DNA of 64,000 bases from Antedon mediterranea (Eukaryota > Animalia > Echinodermata): positions 1,642,201 through 1,706,200 of the forward strand of contig NC_092679.1 in the NCBI RefSeq assembly GCF_964355755.1. Direction: 5' to 3'. The notes beneath the pieces are model-generated. The model saw nothing but the letters and a program-made list of their open reading frames with translations, did no database searches and was not told the DNA's origin. A program made the position numbers and the translations under genes. The stretch's first letter is position 1; each line of letters starts with the position of its first letter. Below, piece by piece: positions 28,401-43,400 of this stretch.

Positions 28401-31400
28401 GTGATGTCATATCACTCTACTACATTTGGGTATATCACTACCATATTTGGGCATATCACAAACTAGTTTGATAGTGTAGACAGAGCTTTAGATTAAATTG
28501 TAATCATACATACCTCCTAAAATCAGAAGGGCGTCAGTCATGTTCAAAATTCATTTCAAATTTTCTCAGAACGCACGGTATTAGCAATGTCTGTTTTCTG
28601 TTGATTTATTTATGATGTTTTTTGCAATATTGTTATCTATAATTTAACATGTTTTTGAGGTATATAATAATATGTTTTAAACAAATCTGAATTATAATAA
28701 TGTAATGTTAAACATCGGCTGATGAAAGAAAAACGTGATGAAAACCAAAGTCAATGTAGCGTAGAATGACATCAGTACATTGTATAACCTTCAAACAATT
28801 TATGTAATAGTTGGTAAAAATGGTTTATATAATGTGCTTTATATACTCACGCGTGGGGAAAGGGTGGCATAAGTCGTCATCGCATAGAACTTACCGTGAC
28901 GGTGATCGTAAAACTCACCGAGCCAAGAAAGTCTTTGTCTTCCTGAGATCCAGATAATAACAAGTTGAGTGCGGTTGCGGGTTTAGAGCTCGCTCGTCCC
29001 AAGGTACTTTTAAATGGAATTGAAAGTAAATTTATTATTGTTCAAGCAATTTTTTTTCGAAAGGCCAAACATGAAAAAAAGAGATGGAATTTTAAATAAA
29101 TCATTGAACATAAACTTTCTCTTGTTGAAAGTTCGTTGTACTATTTGTGATTGGATAAACAGTTTTACAGATTTACCCTCTACAGTTTAAGCGATAATCC
29201 ATAGCGTTTAAACGTTGATTATAAATGTTGCACGATGTTTTGCAATTTTAAGCTTCCATACAAATGGCGTATCAAAAGTACAATTAAAAACCACCCTATA
29301 GTAACTGATAAAAGGGGCAAATACACAGCAATGAATTTTAGTACATGTGCCTCTCCATATTTCAATGTCCACATGATTGTGATACTGAATGATACTGAAT
29401 TATATATTTATTAATATCCATGCCAAAGCTGTAAAATAATGATATCTACAAAATTTAATATTAAAATAGAAGTTATTGATTGTCATAGGAAACTGAGGTT
29501 ACAGTTTTGACATTACACGCATATTGATGTATGTTGGTGATATCAAGCATTCTCAGAAAATACCTATTAATTTATTCATTAATGTATCAAGTATTCATTT
29601 GCTTTTCTTTCATCCGTTTTCTAATCCGGTCATTCACTCATAATTTTGTTCATTTATTTTATTCAATGATAGATATTCATTTGTTTGCTTATGCCTTCAT
29701 TCTATCCCTGTTTTCCCCTTCATTTCTCTCTTTCCTTTATTAATTTAAATCATCAATTATTTCCACATTCGTTTATTCTTACTCTTTTCATAAATGGACC
29801 GTCGGTGTTGTCAAATTGAAATTGCTAAAATATATTAATATTAAAATCATTATCTTTTGGATGTTACACATACAATATTTCCTTGGTATTTTCAAAGATA
29901 CCCCAGTCTTTTAACACAAAGCTTACAGAATAAACACATTTATGCATGACCATCATGCACCTCAATCTGTTATTTCTGAGCAGACCACCAGAATGAATAC
30001 ATCACCAGATATGCATTAACTGGTCTAAATACCAAATGCACACTCTGCTGGTGTAATGTATATTGTGGCTTGTTGATGTTGAAACTTAAAACGTTCTCAT
30101 TGTGAAGGCTAAATGAACTTTTAGCATACAATAATATTATCATGCAATCTATTTTCCCAAAAAACTGTAGTATGTTTTTAAACCAACTATTTTCTTATAA
30201 ATAATACCATAAATAAAAATACTAATTTTCTGTTTAAATTTTCTATTATGATTTCTGAACTATACAGTAGGTCTGCATCGAACTTCTATAATAATAGAGT
30301 ATTGTATTTTTGATAGCAAATTATACCAATTATATTTATTACATCATAAAATTGTTAAATTATTGCCTAGGAATAATTCAATGTGCAAATAATAATTTAT
30401 ATGTTAATTTGATTCTTAGAAAATGTTTTTTATATATAGTATCTTAATTTATTTTTGCCTCTTAAATTGACATTGGTGATGTGTAATGCACTTTTGCTTT
30501 GAATAAAAACACAGTAATATTTTCTTAGGTTTCCTTACAGATGAACATTAAAAACACAAAAAGAGAAACTATATTATGTTTTATAAATTGAAACTGTTTT
30601 TCTAGGCTCAATATCCATCATCAAAGAATGTTGTTTCAAGATAATTTTTAAAAACCAAACTGCTATTCTGTACCGTATTAATACTAATACGATATGACAC
30701 ACGTCCATTTATGCAATCAAATGATATAAAAGTATGAGTTCCTTTTTTAACATAATATGTAAGAAATAAAAAATAATTGAAAATTTATATTGATTTTGAA
30801 CGTCTGATCACGACGTGTACATGACTCTATAGCTGTGAAACTGAGGCCTTTTGAAGGATAGCTAGGAGAAGAGGTATCTCTTGTCACCTATTAGTGTAAA
30901 GAGTACACAGTATATTGACGACAAGATATTGATTCAGAACTAAGCAATCGTAATACTAAGCTAACTTATGGTAATATTAGAATTCAGAATGTTTTGTAAC
31001 TAGACAAGAATATTTTAAGCGTACATCCAGCAATTAATTAAATCACAAATAATAGCTAATTAATAATAATAATAATTGTCTTTTATATAGCGCCTAACCA
31101 AAATAAATGTTCTCCAAGGCGCTACGACCGCAAGGCTTGAACTAGGTAGAAATTACGTCATTGCATATGCTATGCAAAAGAGATGGTTTTTTAGCATTAT
31201 GTTGGACATGTGAGAACAATCATAGATTTGAACCCATAACTTTATATTGCTTCAATTCAAGTCTACAATACCACAAATGCAAATGCTATTGTGGCGATAG
31301 GATTAGGAGTAGGGAAAGATTACATAAAGAACAATTAATTCTTATTTAGTATATAAAACATAAAAGTAGATTAAGTTTTGACTCCTGACATGATCTGATA

Positions 31401-34400
31401 AAGTGTCAATTGAAACTATTGTGCGGTTTATAAGCCTGTGGACTAAAAGAATTTGGACTATAATTCCAGCATTGAACGGCTCACTATGCATAGATATAGA
31501 ATCCATAATATATGTCATCATTGAAGATGATAAGCCATAAATTAATGCCAATTTTTGTGCAAGTGACAGTTAATTCACACTTTGCGAATGTCAAGAATGG
31601 TGAATGACACTAAATTCCCCTTTGCTCTATGGCTTACATCATTTCAGTTTACTGTACCTAAACGATTTCCTCATTATCAGATCAATTCAAATAACTGATG
31701 CGGATCGATTACATCTTAAACTCAATTCAACACGAGTGGCTATTTACTAGTATCTAGAGTAGTTTTAATTTGAATACATTAATATTAACTAAAAGAGAAA
31801 AAAATATCATTCTTAAAGGTACTAATTATTAAAATTGCTTTCATTCAGGGTCGATTATGCTCTAACATTTTTTGTTTTCTGTTTTTAATACAGTTAGACC
31901 TACATTTTACATTTGGTAAGGGACCAAAAACATGGGGTTTGTAAAATCCAAGTTCACATTAAATTTACCCCACCACCTCCACCAAACAAATACTGGATTC
32001 TAGCTAAGGCTGTAGTAATATTTTGTGTACAGCTAGGCCTAGATAAGACAACCACCAGGAAGACCCACAAAACTGGATAAATCAAATAAAAAAAGTAGAA
32101 TTTAGCACAATAACAAACCATCCTGCTCAAAACATAAAATATGGAAACAAATTGTGGAAAGCGTAATGTCGCATTGACGGAAAATGTTTGAAAAGGAAGA
32201 GTAGGCCTAGAAAAGCACAAACTTTACATAAATGAAAAATACACAGAAAACAATATAGTATTATTATTAGTATTGTATTAAATCACTCAAAATGATATGT
32301 TGTCAGTCATTTTATGATAACATAAAATCCAGTGAACGGAAAATCAGGGTACGTAAAATCCTACTGTAATTGAAAACAATAAAGTTGTTGACGAAATAAA
32401 GTGTAATATTTTAATATCTTTACAGTTTCCCGAGAGCAAAGTCATTAAGTTGATGTAGTGGTAATTCTCAATCAAAATTAATTAAGAAACTGCGATCTGT
32501 CATCTCAAATTAGCAGTAAAATGCCAGATTAGAAGTTAGATTTCAACTGAATATACAGTAGATATTATTGAGAAAATATGGGTGAAAATAAGATTCTTAA
32601 TACTAGATGCTTAATAAGATTCTTAATCAATGTAAACTGATCGTATCAACGTTGAAAGCTAATGACATGGAACTGTAAAACACCTTTTACTGGTACTTGC
32701 ACGTGAGTGACTCTAAACGCAGTTTATCCTCGTTTCAGCTTTGCATAACGATTTCTTCAAACACTGTCATCAGTTTGATATCCTATAGTAGTATGATTGA
32801 CTTTATTGCAACAACAAAAAAAACAAGGTTTTTCTTCTTAGAAAGATGATAAAATCAAATATAGCTATGTATTATATTTGTTCAATTTCCTTTCAAATAT
32901 ATCATCATTTTTAGTTTATGCATGGTTTTGTTTGTTTGTTAAATTTGAATTGGTAAAAACAATTGAATTTTAATTCTCTGCATATTTAAACTCCTCAAAC
33001 AGCCTATAATTCAATATAAAGCTGTAGGATGTTACTAATGTGGGGTGTTTAAACACCCTAGTTGAGGCTTATTGACAGCAGGCCTAATGACTTGTAGGCC
33101 TAATGACTTCTAGGCCTATTGGTATTTCAACACTCCTTTAAAAGCTATTTGACTTCAAAAGCTGGTAACGATTCAAAGATGTCATTACTTTTGAATATCT
33201 GTCTAACTCGCTGACTCTTGCTTCTGTCTGTTTTATATAGCAGCTTATCGGTTGCTGAATATTCTTCATTTAATTAATATTGACCCAAATATTATTCGAT
33301 TACGGTATGTGCTTAGTGTGCATATCACAATTTTTTATATGCATTGTGACATGTTCATAACCTGGAGCAGTCAAAAGTAAATCTAGTCAGTCAGTTTAGA
33401 CAATTAGTGGGGAATCAGATTAAGTTTAGTAATTTTAAGTTAAAAAAATTAAAAATTAATAAATCTAGTCAATCAGTTATAAATAATTCAGTTTAGACAA
33501 TTAGTAGGGAATCAGATTAAGTTTAGTAATTTTACGTTAAAAAAATTTAAAATTAAGAAAAAAAAATTGTCTCTATATTAAAATCCTGAGTCCGTCACAA
33601 AATGTTGGTTTCCGCAAATAAACATAAAAGCATTGATGATTATAATAATAACATTTCTTTTATTTAGCAAAAAAAAGTATTTATATGATAATAATGTTTT
33701 CTTACAGTAACTTGAATAAAACAAATACATGATGTACCATAAACTAGGCCCAAACATATTGATTTTGTTCGGTAAACATACAAATACTGTTGCACACCAT
33801 ATATGGGTATCACTTCTTTCTAATCTTAGAATATAACATTGCTATATATGGTGATACTGTATTAAAGATGCATCATTTTTGACTGATAGTATTATCAAAG
33901 TGAAAAGGTTTACAATTTGTTATGAACGTTTAATTTTGTAAACATTTTCACTTAGTGTATTTTAGTAAAAGAATGTTTTCTGAGTATCTGAGATAAAGTA
34001 CTCTTTAACTAATATGATCTGAGTTGTTCAAATTTGAGATAAAAAAAATAGTTTAAAATAAATGTTGTTTCATTAGAATTCTTCTGGAATCATATTATAA
34101 TTTTAACAAAATAATTAGATAATTACAGTAACTTATTTTCTTGAAAATGTTCCTTAATGAAGCACCAATCTATTTTTCATTTTACCTTTACAAATACAAC
34201 ATAGATTTTGTTCATGAATATTCATGATGGTATTTTTAATTTTGTTGCGACATAATAAAAAAAAACAATATAAAAGTGCAGCTGATAACAGACTGCCACG
34301 GTGACGCTGTGATGTACTTTCTTTTATCTACATAATTTATGACATGCAAGGTCTGCATTAAAATCATTTTATAATGTCTAACATTAATCATACAAGTATT

Positions 34401-37400
34401 GTTTTTCTTGTTTGCAGTGATAAATGTTAAGTAAAAGACTTAAACTTGATATATACAGTAGTCAACTTGTGACAAGCCTAAGATATTCCTAAAATTTAAT
34501 AGGGAGTTTATATACTCATGGTGAACTTATTAATATACTCCAGAGTGTGTTTATAAATAGTGCAACAAAAACCATGTTTTATTATTATTATTACATATAA
34601 AAGAAATTATAGATGAAATGTTTTCCATATTAAAACTATACTTCTTTTTATATCATAATTTATGTATGAAAAAAATATTTAAAAAAAATACTGTACAATT
34701 GCCATTCAATAAATTATTAGCTGATATTGTGTAAAAAAAAAATCTGTGTAATATTTAAAAACAAAATTAGATAAAGTATCTTATTCCTAATACAAAATAT
34801 AAATTTATATTAAAACTTTTATTTATATTGTCTAAATTTATTTAAGACCCCTTTACTCTATCCTAATAGTAACCCCTATATTCTATTCACGCAGTAGCCC
34901 TGTTACTGTATCCCACTAGTAACCCCCTTGTAACCCCCTTTATTCTACCCCACAGTAAATTCTGTATCTCACTAGTAATATCCCCCTTTTTTCTATCCTC
35001 ATTGTAGTCCCGGTTACTTATACAAATTCAGTTTTTGCATATACTATTAATTCCGGATTCAATTCTGGACTTTTTGCTACAATTACTTTGTCCAGTTTAT
35101 TGGTTATTCCATTTTCCTCACAAATATTTTCCAAGACTGTATCAGATCTTCCATAATGATTTGATGTTGGCTCTGTCATAATGCTTTTGCTCTCGGTGCG
35201 AGCCTTCCCCCGGGATTTTCCAAGTTCCTCATATATAGGACAAGTGTCTTCTGACGCTTGAATTTCCACGCTTCTATGACGTGTGAGTTTCCTTTCCGTG
35301 TGCGGCCGTACAGGAAGCGTCATTACCCACGAGTCTTGGCTAATGTTATTTGTTTGTGGAAGTCTGTGGCTTAGTGGTAATGTATGACTTTCAAAAACGG
35401 GAAAACTATGTTCACTGCCGTTACTGCTGTTCATTGTTTTATAACCCATCGTATTTTGGTTTTGCATGTGTTGATGTCCGATGTGAAAGTTATTGAATTG
35501 ATCGTAGTAACCGCTTGGTTGTGGTGGTAATTCACGTTGACTTTGATTTAATTCCATTCGACTTTTATGAAGTTTTATTATACAAATTGGAATTGCTAAT
35601 ACGAGAACAACAAAAAACAAACAGATAAAAATTATAGCGAGAATTACTACAAGGCCGTCGGTTGTAGCATCAGAGTTACTCATGCTTGTGTTTGCGTCTT
35701 GTTGTACAGGGTCGTTTTCCATTGGATAATTTGTTGTTTGTTCGTCTTTAAAAATGACTGTGAACTGTGCGCTACGACTTCCTACCGTATTGGTAGCAGT
35801 ACATTCTATTTTTAGATTGTCATGCTCTGGGTTTAAATGATGTAATCGCAAAATCTGATTATTGTTCTCTATTTTATGCTGCGTATCGTCAAGCGCTTTT
35901 GAAAACGACCAAGAAAATGTAGCTGGGTTTGGGTTTGCTTGTGCATTGCAAATTAAAACCATCTCTTTACCGGTGTAGTAATCTTGAGTGATTATAGTTA
36001 CATTTGGAGCGTACTGAACCGAAATTGGTCCATAAAAGCATTCACGATTAACACCCGTGTCTAACGCTGTCTGAAGCAAACACTTAAATGTTTTGCCGTT
36101 ATCACTCTGTTGCGTAATAAAACTGTAATGTAAAGAAAAGAATCCATTGTCTGTTGAATTCCGTATCTGCGAGTCCTTCACGTCGGCATCTATATCCCAG
36201 TTTAGAGTAGGTAATGGGTTAGTCTCCTCTGAGATACATTCCAGCTCCACAGATTCACCTTCAACATGCGAACTCTTTGATGCAGCAGTGCTTTGGCAAC
36301 TTGGCCAATTGTCTCCTGGTATTTCCAAAACAGTAAGCATTCCCTCTGCAGATTTCTCCACAAGGTCATCATTTGTTGTACGTATCTCGCATGAATAACT
36401 ACCGCGATCTGAACGTTCAACTGAAGAAATTCTCAATTTTACTACAAACGTATGTAGAGGTTCAACCTCGAACCGTTCCCATTTACCTATCCCTGGTTCT
36501 ATTTTAACGCCATCTTTGGAAAATTTAATTAGTTCGTTATCATATAACGATTGTACCGTGCATGTGTATAATGCATCTGCTGATTCAATAACTTCTGCAT
36601 CTTGTGGAGTGCCAGAAAAACGACCGGCTAGTACCATAGTTTTTATTACATAGATTGTGATTATCATCAGTCGATAAAAACCAGTCTCCGCCATCCTATG
36701 GAAAGACATAGAAATATAGAATGTTAAAATGTTTTAATACTATCTAGATTATATACTTCCTATAATAGTCATAATACCAGTTCATTTTGTAACCCCATGG
36801 GGGTGAATATTAACCCTATGGGGCACATGCTAAGCTGTTTAAACAATAACACGAAGATTAGATATTCATTAAAAGATATTTTTAGAAATCAAACATACTG
36901 TCATTCAAATTATAATTTGCAGTACTGTCAACTGTTGCTCAAATGATATTTTCGCCAGGCAAGATTGTCATTCTCAAAAGTATATTTGATATTTTGAAAA
37001 CTTACCTATGGTATAAATATTTACAAGATCAGGGCCTTCTAGTACAGATTTAAAACCTGGGTGTAAAACGGCAAATTTAGTCAGCTCCTGATGGTGTTTA
37101 CCTTTCGTCTTTAAAGAAAAGTTTTCGGCTCCACTAAGTTTCCATTCCTTTATCACTCATGAATAATTTCAATATAAACACAATATATTACCCGCCTTAA
37201 ATTAAACTGATTCTTTGGTTGTGTTTAACTTGCATCGGTGATCTTAATTTGTCCACCTCTCAATTATATTTAATCAACCAATAGTTTGCTTACTGAAGCT
37301 GTGAATGATCTTTGGAATTCACTTAAGTTGTGCCACCTTGTCACGTCGTCTGCTACCGTGTCACGTCGTCTGCTACCGTGTTGTACTGTGTAAACACTTG

Positions 37401-40400
37401 TCGAAATGTCCATACCAATATGGTATAATACACAGCCACCTTTCCTTTTTCCTCTAATATAATGTGTTTTTAAGCTTATGTACCAATTGCAATTGTTTCA
37501 TACACTCTATTGACCTTCGAGTAATGATCCTTTAACAAAACCTTGTGTTGTTGTAGTTGATTTGATGTGATTGGTCACACTCCTGTCTAAACAGTACCAG
37601 CCGTTCACAAAAGTTAAGTTCTCAATCACTTTAATATGGTAAAAGATACTCCTGTTTCATTGGACAACAAATGATGTTGGGATGCCTACCTTTTTCTGTT
37701 TAGATTCGAATCCTATTTGTAGTTGTAAGGTGAAACTCCAATCAAATTAGATACTGTAAATGAATATTAAAACACAATCAATCTTTATGTTTAAACAGTC
37801 AATTCTAATTATTATTATTTATTATTATATAAAATAAAGTAACAATTTGATTCTATTTTCACCAATAGCAGCACTACACTTCAATTGCCTTTTATGCCTT
37901 AAGGAATAAAAACAAACAATATTAGCAATCTCTGTAGGAGCCCAGGTACAATCAAATCATTAATAAAGACCTACTATGATACGTTACTGAAAATGCAATT
38001 CAGTCAAAAGAAATGAATAAATATATAATAATAACATTACTCTATTATACTGTAGAACAATAGTTATTGTATAAAAATCAGTTTTAGTTGCTTTGCGTAC
38101 TAAAGGCCTACTTACTAGGATGATAAGGAACATCATTTAATTGGATGTGTGTTTAGTTGCATATTCATTTAAATGCACAAGAGTCTGACCTGATATGATA
38201 TTCATCATGCATGTTTTCTTTTTAAAACATTTAAGTTAGACTAAAAAAATAGGAGTTATTAAAATCTAACTAACCCTATGTACTAGTGAATGTCTTTTTA
38301 ATATTGGCACTTTTCAATCATTAATAAACAATAACCTTTTAGTATCACACAAACTTTGGCTGTGTGCCTATAAATAAATCAATCAAATACGTTATGTGAA
38401 ACTTATTTGTGATTTTTAGTTCTTGTCCTGAAATGGCAAAAAAGTCTGAGCCAAACACAGAGTTCAATAAATGGGCCAAGTGGGACACAATAAAAATACG
38501 CAATTTGTATGCGCCCCCAATTTAAGTACTTTTTAAAAAAAATTTATAAATAACTTTTCTAGTAGAATTTCATATTTTAAAACAGTAGAATTATTCAAAC
38601 GAGATGAATATAATTGTTTTGAACAATAGCTACATGATGCAAAAATGTTAATTTTTATTTATTGACGCCCACGGTTCATACAGTAATTTGTATAACAGGT
38701 TTGTACATCATACTGCTGAATATTAACTATGGTCTACCTTCCTAAAATGAAATGTCGTTTATTCAGGAAAATGGTGGTCTTTTTTTCATTTATTAATAAA
38801 TAATTTTGGTTTGATAATTGAAAATCTATATTTTCAATTACAGTAATGGTTTTGGATCAAAGAACCCATTATTAAATTATTGTTATTTTCTTATTTCAGC
38901 GTAATTTGTTTAAAAGGAAGTTGAATATTATGTACATCATTTGAAACATAATCAGCATTCTTTTTTAAAAATTATTCATTCTCTTTAATAATTGGAGATT
39001 AAGACTAAATTAAAAACTCAATATTTAACTAATTAGAATAATTAAAGGTGTTTTCTTACCTTAGATACTGGTATACAGTTTAATATTCCAGGAAGGAACA
39101 GAATTATTTTATATGTCCAAGTAGAAAAAGATTTTTTATGTTCCCTCTCATTAAAGAATTTTATTGAAATTAGCATAGACTGTACAATAAAGTTTCACAG
39201 AATAGATGTATTTGAGATCTTGTACACATATCGACTGAATACACTCATCACCAACCTATCATATGGCAGAATGAACTATCTAAATATCATACTTGTATAC
39301 CTACAGTACCAGCAAGTTTGCTAAACCAATTAAATAAAGAGGGCTCACTCACAGCCTGGTCTTTGTTTGTGTATGGCGCATTGAAGATAATAATACTGGC
39401 ATTACACTTTGCTCTAAGGATAAAGATTATATTATTTGCAGGTTGGAGTGTGCATGGATTTAGGTTTTATGCAGGACAGGTGGTGTAAATAGCCTTGAAT
39501 TTAATTAACATAATAGTGACGTCAAACATCTTCTATCAAGCACTTTTGTTCATGATTTGGAGCGAGTATAAAACACAGTTTATTATCTAAAGAATGAAAA
39601 AAAAATGCCTAATTTTTATTCATTTATATTATTATTAGTTTTATGTACTGCTTTAAATTTCACAAAAGTTAGAATAGTTCCAACTGAATGCTAAATGATA
39701 TTATAAAGAACACATTATTTACCTGAATTGCAATTACTCTACAATCAAAACATATGTTTTGTCGTAATAAACAAACATATTATAAGTCTCACCTTAGTTT
39801 TAAAGTTAAAAAATCTTATACAATCTGTTTTAAGTTCACCCACAAGATATATTCCATGGTGTCGTGCATATTATATTTGCGAAGTGAATCAGTTGAGTTA
39901 AGTATGACTTAGTTGAGTTAAGAATGACTTGTAAATATCCAATGTTTACAACAGTCCACTGTCAAACCACTTTCACCAATGTGCTTACTTATCCGTTACT
40001 AATGTCTGTTTTTATAAATATATATTTAGTATTCTTTTTCACAGCTGTTAAATGCATTACATGCAATATTATTATCGTTGGCATAAACTGTTTTACATAA
40101 CGATGATCTTCTTGAATTTGCTGTAATATATTATTATAATAATGGTACTAATACTAATGCAATAAATAGGGAAAATAGTGTTAATTATAGTTATATTAAA
40201 CTATACAATAATTTTGTTTCAATAAACATAGTATAAAAATAATGAGAGGCAAGCCATGATTCATTTTTCGATCTTTATTTGATCATCATCATTTTGATAA
40301 TATTGCTTTTTATTTTGGTTATTGTCTTGAGGTTTTTTAAGTATGATATTTCTTTCTTTGTGTCTGGCTAATGACAACTCCACTCCCAAAGACTTGTTTA

Positions 40401-43400
40401 AGACTTTGTTTTATGTAGAGCATCTTTTGTATTTTGTCTTGTGAACGGGATTACCACCTTTGAGAAGGGCATTATTTTTACTATCCTTCTTTCAATGTGG
40501 AGCTTAGGAAATTTGTAGACAATATTTATGGTCACGAAAATCATGTTTGTATCTTAACGCTATGACTTGGTTTTCATGCTTAAAATTATACCAAATTACT
40601 TTAACCATGAAATTAGGACTTTAACAATGTTGATGTGTTTCTTCAAGGTGATCAGTGTATATTATTAGAGTATTTTTAATTAAACTATTATCGTCGTCTT
40701 TCCTTGAACATTATAATTACCTGTTCTCATTAATATCAAGCCATAATTACTAAGGCAGGAATCTTGTATTGTAAACCATAAGTCACAGTTTTCTCAGGTA
40801 ATTACTCTTCTTATCTTGTGTTAGTTGATAATTAGTGTTAGTGGGAGGTAAAAACTATTGTTAATTATCGGTATGACTGCTTATTAAAGAATCCAATAAA
40901 CCACAATGGTTATGATGACGAGATCACTTTCACAAATAGATTTACACGATTTTTCTTTGACAATAAAATAATATTTTATTTTCGCAGAACTAAAATCTTA
41001 TTTCTACTCTTTTATTTCCATCAATTTACACAATTTTGCAAAAATTATGTTGGTATCTTTTCTATAATTTGAAAAATACACTATCAAACTTAATGTTACA
41101 ATAAATATGATGTTCCCATGGACATAATGATGTCATATCACTACCATATTTGGGCACATAAGATTTTGGAAAAATCACAAAATTAAAAGCTTTTCTAAAC
41201 TGCAGTAACAACGTTATAGTACAGTAGAGAACCACTCCTTTGGAACACTTTCCCATAAAATGAAATAAGGTGTATGTATTAACTAACTATGGCCAATCAT
41301 TATTCTGGGAGGAAACCCGTATTAAGAAGACCCTTTGCTGGGTCCCATGGTGTCCTCTGATAATAGGGGTTTACTGTATTCTGGAAATTGAGATGACAGA
41401 AATTGAGATTGCGGCAAAGCTATGAGATACTATTACAGATATATTTAGATATAGTGCTGTGATGACTAAGGAGGATAAGAATGTTAAGGATGAAAACATG
41501 ATGACTAAGAAATGAAACTTATATTTATGACGACATATATAGCATGCAGAAGGTCCCAAATTGTAATATTTTCTCTAAATCTACTATTATTGGGAAACAA
41601 CTATTGTTAGTTAGACGCATTACATTCATTTTTAAACATGATGATCTTAAAATGATGGATTCCCACATAACATTTTAAACAGTAATATTTGCATACTAGA
41701 AATTTGGCTTTATTTTTCCTTGATGAGACATGGACCCAAGAACCCATTTCCCTGAACATATTGCTGCTGTATTTTTTTAATCAGAAGATGCACATTTCAA
41801 AGTTTGTATCCAAATAATAAATTTCAATTTTTTAATTTATTTTTTTGCATGAGATTAAATTATAAAGTAAATATTTAAAATGAAGTAAAAATGAAGGGAA
41901 AAACCTAAAGAGCATTGCTCATTTTTATGGCTACCCTTAAAATGTAAACAAAATGAGGAATAAAATGGTACCGTTTCTAAACATTTTCCCATGGCCTTAT
42001 TCTCTTTCATTGCAGGTATCCTCACCATTCAGAGTAGTGTAAGAGAAACGAAATACTAGGACTACATAATAGCTTCATTGGTTAAGTCTAAACTAAATTA
42101 TGACAGCCTGATTCAATATTTACTTATATATTACTTTTATATTTGGTGATTAAAATGATGCGTCGTAAAACAATTTTTTTCTACGAAAAACAAATATCAA
42201 TCACTTTCAATGAATAAAACAATGAAATGTAATTAATTTAGTTTCGAAATGAAAAAAAAAATATTTTCCGGTTTTCTCAACAATTATTCATATTTTTATA
42301 AAACTAAAAGTTATTTTTTACTTTGCTGGCTCGTGCATATTATTGTTTGGGTTTGTTTTTCTTATTTGTACGTAACATCCCGTTAACATAACACTCGTTG
42401 CTGTTGAGTGTTGAAGACAACGGTTTGCAATTCACAGGTTTCTCATAGTAGTTCTCTTGTTTCGACGGGCTTGCCTCAACATATGTGTATTCCACCTCTT
42501 CAGGTTGTGAGATTTTTGCATACTCTGTACATTTAACATTTTCGTTATTCTTCTTTTGAAAGAGAGCGTTTTGATAGTGCATTTTCATTTGCTTCGGTGA
42601 TTTCTTGCCAGTGATCACAGCTTGAGTAGATCGAGGCATATGTTTTGACTTTTTATGCCATTTCCAATAACAACAGAACAATAGAGAGACGATGAAAGAA
42701 GTGACCGTAAAGAGTGAGATAGTTACAAAGACTATCATGATAAAAGCACTGTTTTCTCGTGGTGAATCTGTGGTCATCATCGTCAAATTAGGAAAAATTG
42801 TTATGTTGTCTCCGAATACCATATTGCTAGCAACCATCAAAAACAAACCCAACATGGTAGTATTCATCTTCAAGATTGGAATTGATAAATGCAAACTGTA
42901 AAATCAATTGATAGGTTTTTTTTTAAAGTTCTGGTTTATCTGAAAAAAAGCTCTGTCTACACTATCAAATTACTTTGACAAAATATATGGTAGTGATATG
43001 CCCAAATATGGTAGTGATATGATATCATATCCATATATGGGCTCATTATATGTATGAACATGCTCTGTCTAATAAAAACCAAATACTTTAACCTGTATCA
43101 ATAAAAGTTGGAATTGTTTATGCGCATATGCCTTAGTTCCTTTAATGTAACATTAACAAAACTAAAGTAGTCTTGCATCAAGGAATTTAATTGGTCAGAT
43201 GTTTTGCCCAGCTTTGATTTAATTGTTATTGATACAAAAACAATTTGTAAACAATTGACCGTAACTACTGATTGTTTATACACTTTATATACAGAGTAGT
43301 AAGTACAATTACGTACGTTAGAGTAGTAAGTACAATTACGTACGTTAGAGTAGTAAGTACAATTACGTACGTTAGAGTAGTAAGTACAATTACGTACGTT

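Noticed and set aside
29997-30061. Pre-miRNA-like hairpin
   Set aside because: Several large bulges and no match to a conserved miRNA family I recognise; small RNA data would be needed.
36957-36975. miR-31-like AGGCAAGAT
   Set aside because: Only the first 9 nt match; no hairpin.
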